Positions 23,761 through 37,950 of a DNA stretch of 64,000 bases are shown piece after piece. Below the pieces are notes generated by a model. That model saw only the letters and a program-made list of their open reading frames with translations, was not told the origin of the DNA and ran no database searches. Source of the DNA: Ginglymostoma cirratum (taxonomy: Eukaryota). The DNA is taken from contig JAHRHZ010000054.1 in assembly GCA_024137785.1 (NCBI GenBank), forward strand, positions 20,082,846 through 20,146,845, in the 5' to 3' direction. The position numbers were made by a program, and so were the translations under genes. Positions within the stretch are counted from its first letter, which is position 1; every line of letters begins with the position of its first letter.

Positions 23761-26314
23761 GAGTGCCCAAGTATTATGTTTGCTCTAGTTTAGTTTTTTT
23801 TTTCAATCTACATGCCCAAATCCCACCAATGCTCCCACCAATGGAGGCCTACAATCCTCTTACTGGTCAAAGGATACACTCACAGCCTTTAATTTTTACT
23901 TCAGTAGTTTATATTCAAAATCTGGAAACAAAACTTTATGGTGGATATTTTAAATATGTGCAAGGCGTGACTTTAAAATAAATGTTGGATCTTTAGTGCA
24001 TGTCTGGAGGTCTCATTATCCATTTATTTGAAGACTACTCTTAGAAAGTAGGAAATTCGAGCTGGGGTAAGTTCTGCAGCTCCTGAAGCATACTCTGTCA
24101 CCTTGGTTGATCCTTAATTTTACTTCCATGTGCAATCCCTGTATCTGTAAATTCTCTGGGATTGAGACTTCCAAAAAATCACAAGCCATCTGAACAAAAA
24201 ATATCTCCTCATCTAAGTCCTAAAGGGCTATCCCATTGAGGTGGATTTATGCCCCCTAGGACTGGACTTTCCAGCCACGGTGAACGGTGTTCTCACTCTC
24301 TTACATATTCCAGTGAGAATGTTGCTGTTTATTCTAAACTGTAGAGAGTATAGGCTTATACTACTCAATCTATCACCTCTCCAGCCCTGGTCCAACACAG
24401 GAATGCTACCTCCAGCAGCTAACCTGTTCCTGGCATAGTTGGGGACCCACAAGCTGTACTTCATGAATTACCTTGAAAGGCTATAATTTATTACCCATCA
24501 CTTGGTGAAATGGTCACAAGGTCACCGCCTGGACACTAATTGGTCAGTTTAGGGAATATTAGAATGTAGGGTGGCTGGTTTCCACCCAGTATGGGGCCAT
24601 ACACCCCACCCCGCCCAATGCCACTCCAGCATTGGGATCCTAACTCAAAGGCCCTTCATCCTGCCTTTTGTGTTGCCTTCTGTTTTGTAATGAGAGGGAG
24701 AACGGTTGGGTGTTGGAGATAGAGCAGTGTTGCTTAAAACTCCCTTCTTTCTGTCCATGACTCTGATTAGACATGGGCAATAATTACTGGCCTAGTCAGT
24801 GTAGACCACACTGCAAATGAATAAAATAAAAACCTTGCCACAACAGCAGAACTGGGAGTGCAAACTAAGGACGTTTTGTTGCATTAACGATATTTATGCA
24901 ATTATGTATATGGATTTAGGATATTAGTGCAACAATCTAAGATATTAAGTTCGGAGTATGAACCTGCTGCCTCTGAACGTGCAACCTACAGGGAGATAAA
25001 CCAGGAACGATAAATTTCTTGCTGGTGTTTGAAAGCCTGGTGTACTTCCTTTGTGTTGGATAAGTTTGGTATTTCCCTACTCTGATTGTGTGCCAGTCTA
25101 ATACTTAATGGGTCTGTCTAGAGGTAAGTGTTATTATTCCTGTAAACCTGATGAGTGAGAACTGCACACTAACCTGCAGTGTGCTGTAAACTGAGATTGC
25201 AGATTTAGCCATGTTACTTCTGACTGGAGGAAACTCTATTGCTTACACTTAAAAGTCAGCTTCAAAAGTAAGATACTAATAGCGCTGAGAAAATAACTCA
25301 CATAAAGGGCGTTGAGGCTCCCTGTGTTTACAGAAAGACACAGAGGGATTAGGAAACTGTTAGTTTTAGGATCTGATGTTAAAAAAATGATTCCAGTGAT
25401 CGAACATTTGGAAATCCCCATGTGTACTAACAATTAACTGCGAGTCTAAGGCGAGACTACAATTCCCTGATGGATCCAAATTAGGGACCTGTTGTTTTCC
25501 AACAAGATTCCAGTTTGTTCAGTTTCCTTCAGTCATGGCCATAGTGACAATAATTCCATCAAACGCTGCCAACTGCTGCTTTCCTGGACACACACAGGTC
25601 ACTCTCAGATTACTTTGTATAGAGTGCCGTGACTGCCAAGCAAGAGGGGGGATCAATGAGACCATTTTAACTCCCGACTATTCAGACCGACCGCAATTAA
25701 CACCAGCGCCCAAACCCCCTCTCCCCACTTAACCTGAATTATGGAGAAGCTTGTTTGGATATGCACAGCTCCTTAGTTTGCTCTCAAGTATAACAACTCC
25801 TGACATGTTTTGTTTTAGTTTAAAATTTGGTCTCCAGGCAGTTAAAGGGATGGAATTTCAAGAGCTGCAGGATATGAAATAGATCAGGGCTGTGAAAAGA
25901 CAGGGGGTTAAACTACCTAACAATCTCCCTTGCTGGTGTCAACGGAGCCTGCCTTACCTTCAACATCCATCCACTTTCATTTGGTTGGCCTTTCTCACAT
26001 GTCAGCATTTCTCAAAATGAGTGGCATTTTTTTTGTTTCTCCTAATGGTTTCTTCTGAATGTTCAGCTGAAGGCTGAATTACAGAATTGTTACAGTGCAG
26101 AAGGTCAGCATTCAGATAGGAACAAAAGTTTACAAAGTACAGTATAGTGTCTCAGAACCTGACATTTCACATTAAATTCATTCAGCATTCCAATGATAAT
26201 TTGCAACAATATACAGCATTTAACACAGCGCAGCATCCCAAGGTGCGTGCACTTTAATTCCAATCACATATAGAGATATTAGGCCAAGAGACCAAAAACT
26301 TGTCAGAGAGGTAG

Positions 26315-26530
26315 TGTAGTGAGTGTAAGGAGGTCAGCCAGCTGGACCTCATAGAATATGAGTTCACTGATTAGAGCTGTTGATTTGGTCCTATCAGGGA
26401 GTCCTGGATGACAGAGACACTGACACTCTAGTAGCTGACTCTGAATGAGACAGCACTAAAATCAAGTACTGTGAATGTGTAAATAAAAGGTGACTTGGTG
26501 ATGGATAATAAGTTCTGTGGAGTTAATTCA
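26315..26530 (+). mobile_element. Solo LTR (216 bp) inserted into an L2-like fragment
   Basis: TG...CA termini, 4-bp TSD gtag (26311-26314 and 26531-26534), AATAAA at 26482. Confidence 0.75.
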
Positions 26531-26554
26531 GTAGGTTATAAGGGATATCTTAAA

Positions 26555-28760
26555 ATCACCATAAGACCAAAAATAATTGGAGCGGAACTAAGCCATTTGG
26601 CCCATTGAGTCTGCTCCACTATTCAATATGATCATGGCTGATCTGATAATTCTCAATTCCACTTCTTGACTTTATCTCATAATCTTTGATTCCCTTAATG
26701 ATTAAAAATATGTCTATTTCAATGCTGAATATATTTAATGAGCCAACCTCCACAGCCCTCTGTGGTAAAAAAATTCACAGATTTTGACAAAATAAATTTC
26801 TCCACGTTTAAGGCTTTAGGAAGGATATTATTAAGCTGGAGAGGGTTCAGAAGAGATTTACCAGAATGCTGCCAGGTATGGAAGGTTTGAGTTATAAAGA
26901 AAGATTGGATTGGCTGGGACTATTTTGATTGGAGCGTAGGAGGTTGAGAGGCGACCTGATAGAAGTTTATAAAATAATGAGAGGTATAGATAAAGTTAGT
27001 AGTAGCTGTCCTTTCCCGAGTACGGGGGATTTCAAGACTAGGGGGCACATTTTTAAGGTGAAAGGAGAGAAATTTAAAAAAGACATGAGAGGCAAATGTT
27101 TTACAGAGGGTAGTTCACATGTGGAATGAACTTCCTAAGGAAGTGGTGGACGTGGGTACAATTACAATGTTTGAAAAACATTTGGATAGGTACATGAAAA
27201 GAAAATGTTTGGAGGGATATGGACCAGGAGCAGGCAGGTGGGACTAGTTTAGTTTGGGATTATGTTTGACATGGGCTGGTTGGACCGAAGGGTTTCTTTC
27301 TGTGCTGTATGACTCTATGATTTTTTTTAATAGGTGACCCTTCCCTTTGAGATTATACCCTCTGGTCCTTTCCACAGGGAAAACAGCCTCTCAACATCTA
27401 CACTGTCAAGACCCCAAAGAATCTTACATGCTTCAATAAGGTCACGTCTCATTCTTCTAAACTTCAAAGAATACAGGTCCAAACTACTTATCCTTTCCTC
27501 ATAAATTAATCCCTCCATACCCAGGACCAACCTAGAGAACCTTCTCTGGACTGTCTCCCGTGATCTTTCCTTAGATCAGGGGATCAAAACTGTTCACAAT
27601 ATTCTAGGTGTTGTCTGCCTAGTGCCTTCTATAGTTTTGTAAAATCACTCTGCATTTTATACTGCACTCTGTTGAAACAAAGGCCAACATTCCATTTGCC
27701 TTCCCCGCTACCTGCTGATCTTGGATGCTAGATTCATATTTGAGGACCCCAAAGTTCACTTTGCTGTCACTTTCTTAAATCTTTCTCCATTTAAATAATA
27801 TTCAGCTCTTCGACTCCTCCTGTCAAAGCACATAATCTCATACTTTCCCACGTTATATTCCAACAGCCAATGTTTTGCCAACTCACTTAACCTGTCTATA
27901 TCCCTTCATCACCACTTGCCTTCCACTTATTTTTGTATTACCTCAAAATTTGGCAAGGGTGCATTCACACCCTCCAACTCAGGCATTATATATTATAAAT
28001 GAACAATGCCCCAGCAATGATCCCAGTGGCACCCCATTAGTTTAGGTTGCCATCCTGAAAATGGCTCCATTATCCCAATCCCTGTGTCCGATTATTTAGC
28101 CAATAAAGAGGCAGTAGCCTAGTGGTATTATTGCTGGACTGTTAATCCAGAGACCCAGATAATGTTCTGGGAACCTGGGTTTGAATCATGGCAGATAGTG
28201 GAATTTGATTTCAATAAAAAAAATCTGGAATTAAGAATCTAATGATGACCGTGAATCCATTGTCAATTGTTGGGAAAAACCCATCTGGTTCACTAATGTT
28301 CTTTAGGGAAAAAACTGCCATCCTTACCTGGTCTTGCCTACTTGTGACTCCAGACCCAAAACAATATGGTTGACTCTTAACTCGCCTCTGGGCAATTAGA
28401 GATGGGCAATAAATGCTGCCTAGCCAGCGATGCCCTCATCCCGTGATTAAATAAAAAAAAAATTCTCTATCCATATTAATATATTACCAACATATTCCCT
28501 GAACAGTCATCTAATTGAATTCCATATGCCTTATGCATGCTACCTTATTGAATGCCTTTTGGAAACCCAAATATCTACATGTTCCCCCTTATCTATCCCA
28601 CTTGTTACTTCCTCAAAAAAATAAATACATTTGTTGGACATGATATTCCCTGCATGAAGTAATGCTGACTCTACTTGATTATACATGTTTCTAAATGTTC
28701 TGCTGTTACATTCTGTAAAATGAACTGTAGCAAAGTCTATCAAAGGAGGAGAGAGAGAGA
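26555..28760. mobile_element. CR1 cluster: minus-strand CR1 interrupted by a plus-strand CR1 3' fragment (about 26810-27325) and a SINE
   Basis: ERRRLRGDLIEVYKIMRG on (+); FRRMRRDLIEACKIL and FFEEVTSGIDKGE on (-). Confidence 0.9.
28107..28460 (+). mobile_element. tRNA-derived SINE family 2, full length
   Basis: Head tagcctagtggta...gggtttgaatc; tail gggcaataaatgctgcctagccagcgatgccctcatcccgtga followed by an A-tract. Confidence 0.9.
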
Positions 28761-28769
28761 GGTGAACTT

Positions 28770-30895
28770 TTCAAGTGTGATTAGAAAGTTAATAAAGAGG
28801 AAGAAAATTGCTTATGAAAATAAACTGGCATGATATATTCTGTCAAACAAGAAGAGTTTCTATCAGAAAGAAAGACAGTCACTAAAATGAGTAAGATCCT
28901 TGGAGGATATGACTGGGGAATTAATAACAGGTGAATGGCAGGTGAAAGCAATTTAAACTAATATTTTGCATCGATCTTCATAGAATCATAGAATCCCTAC
29001 AGTGTGGAAGCAGGCCATTCAGCCCATTGAGTCCACACCAATCCTCTGAGGAGGATCCCACCCAGACCCATCCCTTACACCATCCCTATATTTCTCACCC
29101 AGACACTATGGGCAATTTAGCATGGCCAATCCACTTAACCTGCACATCTTTGGACCATGGGAGGAAACCAGTGCACCCGGAGGAAACCCACGCAGGCACA
29201 GGGATAATGTACAAACTTCACACAGACAGTCGCCCGAGGCTGGAATCAAACCCGAGTCCCTGGCGTTGTGAGGCAGCAATGCTAACCACTGTGCCACCAT
29301 GAATGTAATAAATAGCCCAAAGGTGTCAGATAACCAAGGTGCTAATAGAAGGGAACGTCTTGTGGCAGGTCTTGAGGCAGAGATAAGCTAATGAAACTGA
29401 AGGCAGACAAGTTGTCAGGACCTGATGGCATGCATTGAAGGGGTTTGAAGGAAATGTCTGCAGAGATAATAGAGGCATTAGTCAAAATATTCCAGAACTC
29501 ACTGGATTGGAAACCACTAATGTGACATTCCTTTTCAAGAAGGGAGACAGACATAATGCAGGAACCTCCAGGCCATTTAGCCTAATATTGGTCATTGGGA
29601 AAATGTTAGAGACTATTATTAAGGAAGAAATTGCAGGACATTTCAAAAATCTTAACACAATCAAACAGAGTCATCATGGTTCTGTTTGATAAATTCGCTA
29701 AATTTATTTGAGCATATAACAAACAGAGTCAATAAAGGAGAGCTGGCAGACTGTGGCATATTTGGATTTTCAAAATGCATTTAAAAAGGTGCCATGTGAA
29801 AGGTCATTGCACACACTAGAATCCGACTGGGGGTAATGAGTTAGCAAGGATTGGTTAACACACAGAAGACAGAGATTTGGGATTAAGTGGTCTTTTTAAA
29901 GCAACTAGTGGAGTACCACAAGGATCAGTTCTAGGGCCTCAATATTTAACATCTATGCTAATAATTTGGAGGAGGTGAGTTGGGGTCAGAGGGTAATGAA
30001 TTCAATTCGCTGACAATATAAAAAGAGGTAGGATAGTAAAGGACATAAAGTATCTGCAAGGGGATTATAGGTAGGTACAGTGAGAGAGCAAAAAGATGGC
30101 TGATGCTGTTTAATATAGGAAAGTGTGAGGTCATATACTTCGGTAGGAAAAATCAAAATTTAAACTATGAGTTAAATGGAGGGAGGTATTCCAAAAAGTG
30201 CAGTGCAGAGGGATTTGGGTATTCTTGTGCATGAAACATAAAAAGTTAGTTTGTAGGTGAAGGAATTACTTAAGAAGGTGAATGGAATTTTGGCCTTTAT
30301 TTTAAAACAAGGATATCTTGTTACAACTGTTCAGGGTGTTGGTGTGACCTCACCTAGAGTACTGTGTATGGTTTAGTCCCTGCATTTAAAAAAATTATGT
30401 GTGCATTGGAGTTTTTTCAAAAGTGATTCATAGGCTGATTTCTAGGATAAAGGGGTTAACTTATCAAGAACAGCCCCAGGAGGTTAGGTCTTTATTCATT
30501 AGAATTTCGAAAAATGTGGGATGATGTCATTGAAACAACTCAGATTCTGAAGGGGCTTGACAGGGTCAATGTTGGGAAGATGCTTCCAACAATGGAGAAT
30601 CTTGAACTGAGAGCATAGTCACAGAATAAGGGGCCACTCATTTAAAACTGAGATGTGAAGGAATTTTTTTCTCTGAGAGGACTGTGAATGTCTGGAATTC
30701 AGTACTCCAGAGAGCTGTGGAGGATAGATTACAGACAGTAATTAAAGATGAAGTAGATAGGTTTTTGGAATATTGGGGTGTTGGGTTATGCTGAACTGGC
30801 AGAGAAGAGAAGTTGAGGCCTAGAACAGATTAACCACGATCTTGATGAAGGGCTGAGTGGCCTACTCCTGCACTTATTTTCTTATGATCTTATAC
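28770..30895 (+). mobile_element. Decayed CR1 ORF2 to 3' end
   Basis: NVTFLFKKGDRHNAGTSRPFSL...GKMLETIIK, gtaccacaaggatcagttctaggg (VPQGSVLG) and a CR1 tail. Confidence 0.9.
28979..29298 (-). mobile_element. HE1/V-SINE nested in CR1
   Basis: Full tRNA head, V domain and (ttctatga)n tail on the reverse strand. Confidence 0.92.
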
Positions 30896-31224
30896 TGTAA
30901 AATATGATTATGCTGCATTGTTTGTAAAACAGAAAGTCAGAAAGATATTTTGGGGAGTGGGGCAAGGGGGGATTTAAATTGACAATGATGAGCATATTGC
31001 TTCTTTATCACTCTGTACTCAGCTTAAATTACCACTGTAATGGTATCCAGTGTGAATGCCATAGATGAGGCATCAATGTAAATGCAAAAAAAGTTACATT
31101 TTGTGAGTTTAATCATTCTTGAATATTCTTTCACCAGAGGACTGTGAAAACAAAGAATGCTTCTCAGTTTGCTTTGTATCTGTTCTTGTAAATGGTGAAG
31201 CTTAAATATATTCTGTGGCATATG

Positions 31225-31620
31225 GGATACATCTGACCTCCTGTGGTGTCACTGAGTATCTCACAATTTGGAGCATGGTTACACTGTTTAGTTGCAAAGG
31301 CTAGGGGCACTGTACTGTCAGAAGTGCCGACAGTAAACCCTGGAGAAGCTCCAATCTGGCCTTTCAGGTGGAGGTAAAATATCCCATCGCAATATTTCAA
31401 AGCCTTGGAGCAGACTTAGTCGTAATGTCCTGACCAACATTTAGACCTCAGACATCATCGCTTAAAAATAATGATCTGGCCATTTATCTCATTGCACTTT
31501 ATTCGAGCTTACCCTATGTAAACAGGTACTGCGCTTCACACTTCACAGCAGCAGCTATTCTTCAAAAATATTTGATTGGCTCTGAGTTACTTTGGGGTTC
31601 TGTATAAACACAAATCTTTT
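31225..31620 (+). mobile_element. Deu-domain SINE, decayed
   Basis: gcactgtactgtcagaagtgccg...caggtggaggtaaaatatcccatcgca...gtcctgaccaacattt. Confidence 0.7.
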
Positions 31621-31944
31621 ACCTTATTACTCTCTAAGTTATTTCAAGGTCAGAAAAAAAACAGCAGGACAATATACTTTCTAGGATTTCCATGTCTAGT
31701 ATTCTTCAGTAGTTTCTTGCTTCCCAAATGAATTACTTCCAGCTGTGGAAGGGCTGTTGTGGTGCAATGCTACCTCTGTGTCAGGAGACCCAGGATCAAG
31801 TCCCACCCACCCCAATGACGAGTAATAACATCTCTGAGTATGCTGATTAAACAACATCTAAGAATCGGCCATTATTTAGACTTTCTTTCGTTGATGCCTC
31901 CTGTGAAAAGCAGGCAGCTGAGTTGTCACATAACATAGCCTGAC

Positions 31945-32370
31945 ACTAATGCTGGAGTATCTGCATTCTGGGCATCACATTTTCGGAAGGACATGAAGGT
32001 ATGAAAGAAGATGCATAAGAGATTCTCAAGAATGAATCCAGGGACGTTGAATTGAGTTACCTGGAAAGATTGGAGAAGCTGAGGCAGTATTCCTTAGCGT
32101 AGGGAAAGTTGAGAGGAGAATTTGTTGAAAGTTTTCAAAATCATGAGAAATCCAGTCCGAGCAGATACAGAGAAACTGTTTCAATTGGTAGAAGGGTCAA
32201 GAACCAAAAGTCACAGGTTCAATGCTAATAGGCAAAAGAAGCAACGCCAACATGAGAGGAAACATTTTCCTGTAGTGAGCAGTTAAGATTTGAAGTGCAC
32301 TGCTTGAACATGTAGTGAAGTAAGTTCAATTGGGGCAATTAAGAGGGCAATGAATTATTGTCAGGAAAGG
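31945..32370 (+). mobile_element. Old CR1 fragment
   Basis: ctggagtatctgcattctggg...agaggagaatttgttgaaagttttcaaaatcatg. Confidence 0.75.
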
Positions 32371-32371
32371 G

Positions 32372-33000
32372 AGAAGGCAGTCCTGTTTGTAGATTTTTGG
32401 AAGGAGGAAGAAGTGGGCTATGAGATTCGAGGCATTGTTGGGGGAAGATCATGGGATGAGATGAGGTTAGTGATCATTGTGGATACAATAGCCTGAAGTT
32501 CCAAGGTGGGGTTATGGTCCAGGAGATAGGAGGAGGTATCTGACAGCTAGCACTCAGCCTCTGTAATGTAGAGGTCAGTACAACAATAACAACAGCCACA
32601 CCCATGTTATTAGGCTTAATTACAAAGTCAGGGTTGGGTCTGAGAACATAGACTTCAGTCAGTTTAGATGGAGACAGGTCCGAAGAGATGGGGTGGGGGC
32701 AGCGAAATTAAGGTGACTAATTTCACGTCAACTGTTCTCAATGCACAGGTTGAGAGCTGGTAAAAGGCCAGAGGGTTAGAGAGTGTTGGAGGTGGGTGAA
32801 GGGGTCTGTGGGACCGGGAGAGGTCTCCTGTCTGAAGAAATGGGCTCGGGGGCGAAAGTGACGAAAGAAGAATTCAATGTCATGGCATGCCCGAGGTGGT
32901 GTCAAAGAGGGATAAAACTAAGATCTTTGCCGAATACAGGATAATCAGTATCAGACAGGGCAGAAGCGATAGTAAATACTTAACAGGAGGTGGGGTTGGA
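32372..33000 (-). mobile_element. Decayed Penelope-like element, N-terminal/RT region
   Basis: Reverse strand gives NPDFVIKPNNMGVAVV (cf. IKPADKGGAVVV), YITEAE..LSDT and HFFLLPKIYK (cf. FYLLPKIHK). Confidence 0.82.
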
Positions 33001-33009
33001 GAGGGAATG

Positions 33010-33520
33010 GAGTCAGAATATCCATCCCTGGATCATCCACTATCAACATCTTGTGGTTACCATTCACTGAAAACTGAACTGGCCTCACCATTTAAATAAT
33101 GTGACTACAAGACTAAGGTCAGAGCAACTCACTTCCTGACTCCCCAGAGTCTGTCCACCGCCTACATGGCACAAATCCAGACTGTGATGGAATACTCCCC
33201 ACTTGCCTGGATGAGAGCAGCTCCCACACACTCAAGAAGCTCGACACCACCTAGAATAATGCTGCCCACTTGATTAGCACTCCACCCACAGGTGCTCCCT
33301 CCACCACTACACAGAAGCAGGAGTAAATACCACCTGAAATTCACCAAGGCTCCTTAGTGACCAGTTTCTAAACCCATGACCACTACCACTAGACAGACAA
33401 GAGCAGTAGGTATATGGGGAAACCATCACTTGCAAGTTACCCTCCAAGCCATCACTGTCCAGGCTTGAAACGTATCACCGTTCTTTTAGTATGCTTGGGT
33501 GAAAATGTGGAAATCCAGTG
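33010..33520 (+). mobile_element. Second non-LTR family, ORF2 C-terminal fragment
   Basis: Encodes LSTAYMAQIQTVMEYSPLAW. Confidence 0.8.
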
Positions 33521-35117
33521 TAAGAATTGCATTTCTATGGGATTACAGTAGACCCTCTGTCAAAATTATGGTGGAAGATTGCAAGAAGCTGTGTGCAAAT
33601 GTAACCCCATTGTGCATTGCGCAGCACAGTTCTTCCATCCTTACAGTAAAGTCTATGTTTTAGTTTCCCTTGTACGATACCAAGGGTAGTTTGCCTGCGT
33701 TTGAGCAGATGTACGGTATTACAGTCGTGCGGTTGTCCAAACCGGAGCCATATAAAACATTAGAATTTAGTGGACAGTCAGCCATTGACTGGCTGCATTT
33801 AACTCAAAGAAATGATGAAGATATCAAGCGGATGTTATTGGTAAAATGCAGGTCAAGCACTGAGAAGCACTTTACCTGATGTTGGGATAAAGTTGCATGA
33901 AAGCTGTCAGTGCGATCCCCTTTCCATAAATAAAAGCCTCCATTAGTTGACACAGTTTGGGATTGGTTTCTTCTGTTACATGATATAGTCTAGATAGATA
34001 ATGAACAGAATAATCTAGAACTTTTAAGTTACTTTATTGAATCCAAATGCAATGCTTCCCCTTCCTTCAAAAGCTCCAGATGTTTTCATTATTTTATTGA
34101 GAAGGGCAATTGAAACAGTGACAGATGTACGTTATAAGCGTAGAACTATCAGCACTCAGATCCACTGAGGTTACTTCGCTCTGTTTAGAGAGAAAAGCTT
34201 TCATTTCCATGCCCCAAAGGCATGGATACAAATTCAATGGTTGTCATTTTATATTTAGTTAGGTCAGCTCCAGAAAGTTAAATGCTACCATTGTAATCAC
34301 GTTTGTTCCTTATGATCTGATCTGTAATGCAAAACTTCCCAATCATCATTGCATATCATGATATTTCGGTAGGAAACAGATTGGAATTTGAAGAGTCGGG
34401 GACTATGAATAGAAAATATATCTTCTGATACTGCACACTGATTACATTCCTCATCACTGCTACTGGTGAGTGATACTGTTATTCAGTACTCGCAGTGTGT
34501 GTCAAATAAAACATCCCTTGAAGGGTGTAAGTGATAGGTGTTCATCAACCGTCATAGGTTAAAGCTCAAATCAACTAAGCTATTTGGGACAAAGCTTCTT
34601 AAGTCAAATAAAATCTGTTTAATATATTGGTTTTAAATATTTCCCCATCACATTAGTGACATGTTGTATTGAGATGTTTTGTAAAAGGAGCCTGTTGCCA
34701 AGTTTGTCACAAAGTCTAGTGGAAAGTCAGAAAGGCTTCATTCATATAAACCATATTAATTGTTTTCATGGCAAGATGTTTCTATGGGCAGAGATGGAAG
34801 GCTGAGATGGGGATAGGACCAGGAATGGGTCAGCACAGTATTTCCCAATGAAAGTGGTAGGCAGCTTGTAAACAGGAGAGTATTAAGTACCATCCGCTTT
34901 GATATAATACAGACCTGGAGAGACATGAGCTCAACATCCCAAAGGAGTAAGTCCAACCAGATCTTTCTTACGGGTTCTGTAATGCTTCTTATCATATTAA
35001 TGGAAATTCCATCTTGCAAAATCATCTTGTTTAAGCCAATGCGCTTTAGATTAGCAAATAGTTATTCTTAATCTCACTAGACAAAGCAGGCCCTATAGAT
35101 CCCCATCAGGAAAGAGG

Positions 35118-36270
35118 ATAGAGTCATAGAGTCATAGAGTAATACAGCATGGAAACAGGCCCTTTGGCCAAAACTGGTCCAGCTGACCATGGTGCCCCCT
35201 CAGCTAATTCCGCCTACCCACATTTGGTCCATATCCCTCTAAACCCTTCCCATCCATGTACCTATACAAATATTTTTAAAATGTTGCTATTGTACCTGCC
35301 TCAACCACTTTCTATGGCAGCCCATTCCATATACGCACCACTCTCTGTGTGAAGAAGTTGCCCCTCAGGTCTTTCTTAAATCTTTCCCCTCTCACCTTAA
35401 ACTTCTTCCCTCTAGTTTTCAATTCCCCATCCCTGGGAAAAAGAGTATATGCATTCATCCTATCTAAGCCCCTCATGATTTTATATACCTCAATAAAGTT
35501 ACCCCTCATTCTCCTAAGTTCCAAGGAATAAAGTCCTATCCTGGCCAATCTCTCTCTATAACTCAGGCCTACTAGTCCTGGCAACATCCTCGTAAATCTT
35601 CTTTGCACAATTATCAGTTTAACTATGTCTTTCCTATAATAGGGCGACCAAACCTTAATAGAATACTCCAAGTGTGGCCTCACCAATGACTTATACAACT
35701 GTAACATAACATCTCAACTCCTGTACTCAATGCCTCAACTGATGAAGGCCAGCATGCTAAATGCCTTCTTCATCATCCTGTTCACCTGAGACTCGGCTTT
35801 CAACAAACTACGTACTTGTACTCCTAGGGGTCCATCTGTTCCACAACACTCCTCAGGACCTTATCATTTACTGTATAAGTCCTACCTTGGTTTGACTTTC
35901 CAAAGTGTAACACCTCACACTTATCTGTAAAGAATTGCATTTGCCAATCCTCAGCCCACATTCCCATCTGATCAAGATCCTTCTGTAATTTTTGATAACC
36001 TTTCTCACTATCAACGATATCTCCTAATTTTGTATCATCCACAAACTTACTAATCATGCCTTTACATTCACATCCAGATCATTTATGTAAATAATAATTA
36101 ACAAAGGTCCCAGCACCGAATCCAGGGCACACCACTAATCACAGGCCTCCAGTCTGAGAAACAACCTTCAACTATTACCTTCTGCTTCTTACCACTGAAC
36201 CAATTTTGAATCCAATTAACAAGCTCTTCCTGGATCCCATGCAACCTAACTTTCATGACTAGCCTGTCGT
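35118..36270 (-). mobile_element. Relatively young CR1 3' fragment
   Basis: ISKFVDDTKLG and LYKSLVRPHLEY...FFTQRVVRIWNGLP, with an (agagtcat)n tail. Confidence 0.96.
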
Positions 36271-36639
36271 GCGTTGGCAGGATGTTGGCAGCAAACCTAC
36301 ATTATAATAAGCAAAATTACTGAGAGCTCATACAACACACGTACAGAGCTCATACGTACAGCAACAGTTGGAGAACAACAGTAGAGCCACTTAACCATGC
36401 TGAGCTACAGTCTCTGGGATTCTGCCCTCTCTCTTGCAGGCTAAAGCAGACTGCAACAGGAGGGATGCCCACTGTACCCACAGTGTCCTCTGTAGTGTCT
36501 GTATCCATTAAGTGCCCATCAAAAGATTGTCTATTGGATTATCAGAACCAAGGCTATAGGTCCTGAACCAGCCAGTGCTGCATATGCCCCAAAGTAATTT
36601 ACAGACCATAAAGTGTGCTCCCTGGTATAGGAAACACAG

Positions 36640-37950
36640 CACAGCAAGCTCCCATTAAAGCAGCAAGATAAGGACCAGGTGATCTTCTTATGTTGTTTGA
36701 GGTATAAATATTGGCCGGAAACTTTGGGATTATCATCTACTCCTTATCAATTTGCGCCCAATTGAGTTGGGTGGCAGGTGTAATAACTCACCTGAAAGGC
36801 AGCATCCCCCTCAATCCTGTGTTCAGTGTCAGCTTGAATTAATGGGCTCAAGACTTGGAGTATATTATTCCATTCCCTTCCTGTGATTGGGTTTGGAGTG
36901 GGAGTTTGAGAGGTGGGGGAGGGGCAGGGGTGGGCATAAAATTTCCTGCTTGGCCTTCCACATCACCTTCCTCAACATTTACGCAATGTTGGAGTGGGAC
37001 TAGCAAGGCCTAGGAAGCTAGTCTGTCTGCCCTTGGCCCAACTGTGGTCCTTATGTGGTCAATTAGTTTGCCATTTTCCACTTTGCCTGAATCTTCAGGT
37101 TGAATGGAGGAGCTCAAGGGCAGGGCAATACCCAGAAGGTTATCTTGCTCAGGTACGAAGGATGGGTGGGGTGGCCAACTCCATCAAAGGCGTTTTTTAA
37201 AACATCAGATACCTCCTAACAGTTCTGTCCCTGTGGGTGATTCCCGTGGAATTTAGATATCACCTTTCACCTAGTTAGACTTGTCACGACCTCAGGACAT
37301 CCCTACTAGTTTTGCAGCCATTCAGATATTTTCAAACTGTGGTCGCTCTGTTGTAATTATGAGAAAGAACATGCTGGAAGATTTTGGGTCTGGACTTGTT
37401 TCAGGACAGGATGATATAGACTTGCAATGATCGATGGTTAAGGTTCAATCTGATTTCATTGATGAGCTGGGTCTTCAAGTATATTTAAGGCTGAGCTGGA
37501 CAGATTTTTAACGAGTAAGGGAATCAAGGGTAGTGGGGATAAAGCAGAGTGAAAGATTATTAGATCAGCCATGATCTCGTTGAATGGTGGAGTGGACAAG
37601 ATGGACTGAATGGCCTACTTCTGTCCCATGTATGATAGTATTATTGTCTTATGGTAATGTGAAAAATACAGCAGTAAATTTTCACACAGTAAGCTCTGCG
37701 GGCAATAATGTACTAATTAACTAAACTGTTTTCATTCATGTTGGTTGAGGGATAGATATTGGCCAGCATACAGGGAAGGAATCCTCTGTACCTTTTCAAG
37801 TCATACCATTTTTCTTCACCTGAGAAGTCAGACAAGGGCATAATTTAGATTTCATCTGACGGTGGGGACTGCAGTGAAGTGTCAGCATGAATTTTGTGTT
37901 CAGACCTGAACGCTCAAACTCTGGGGCATAAGTGCTACCATTGAACTTTG
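36640..37950 (-). mobile_element. Deu-domain SINE fragments (about 36640-36870, 37280-37360, 37655-37950) with a plus-strand CR1 tail at about 37480-37655
   Basis: ttggttgagggatagatattggccagc...gtgtcagcatgaattttgtg. Confidence 0.65.
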
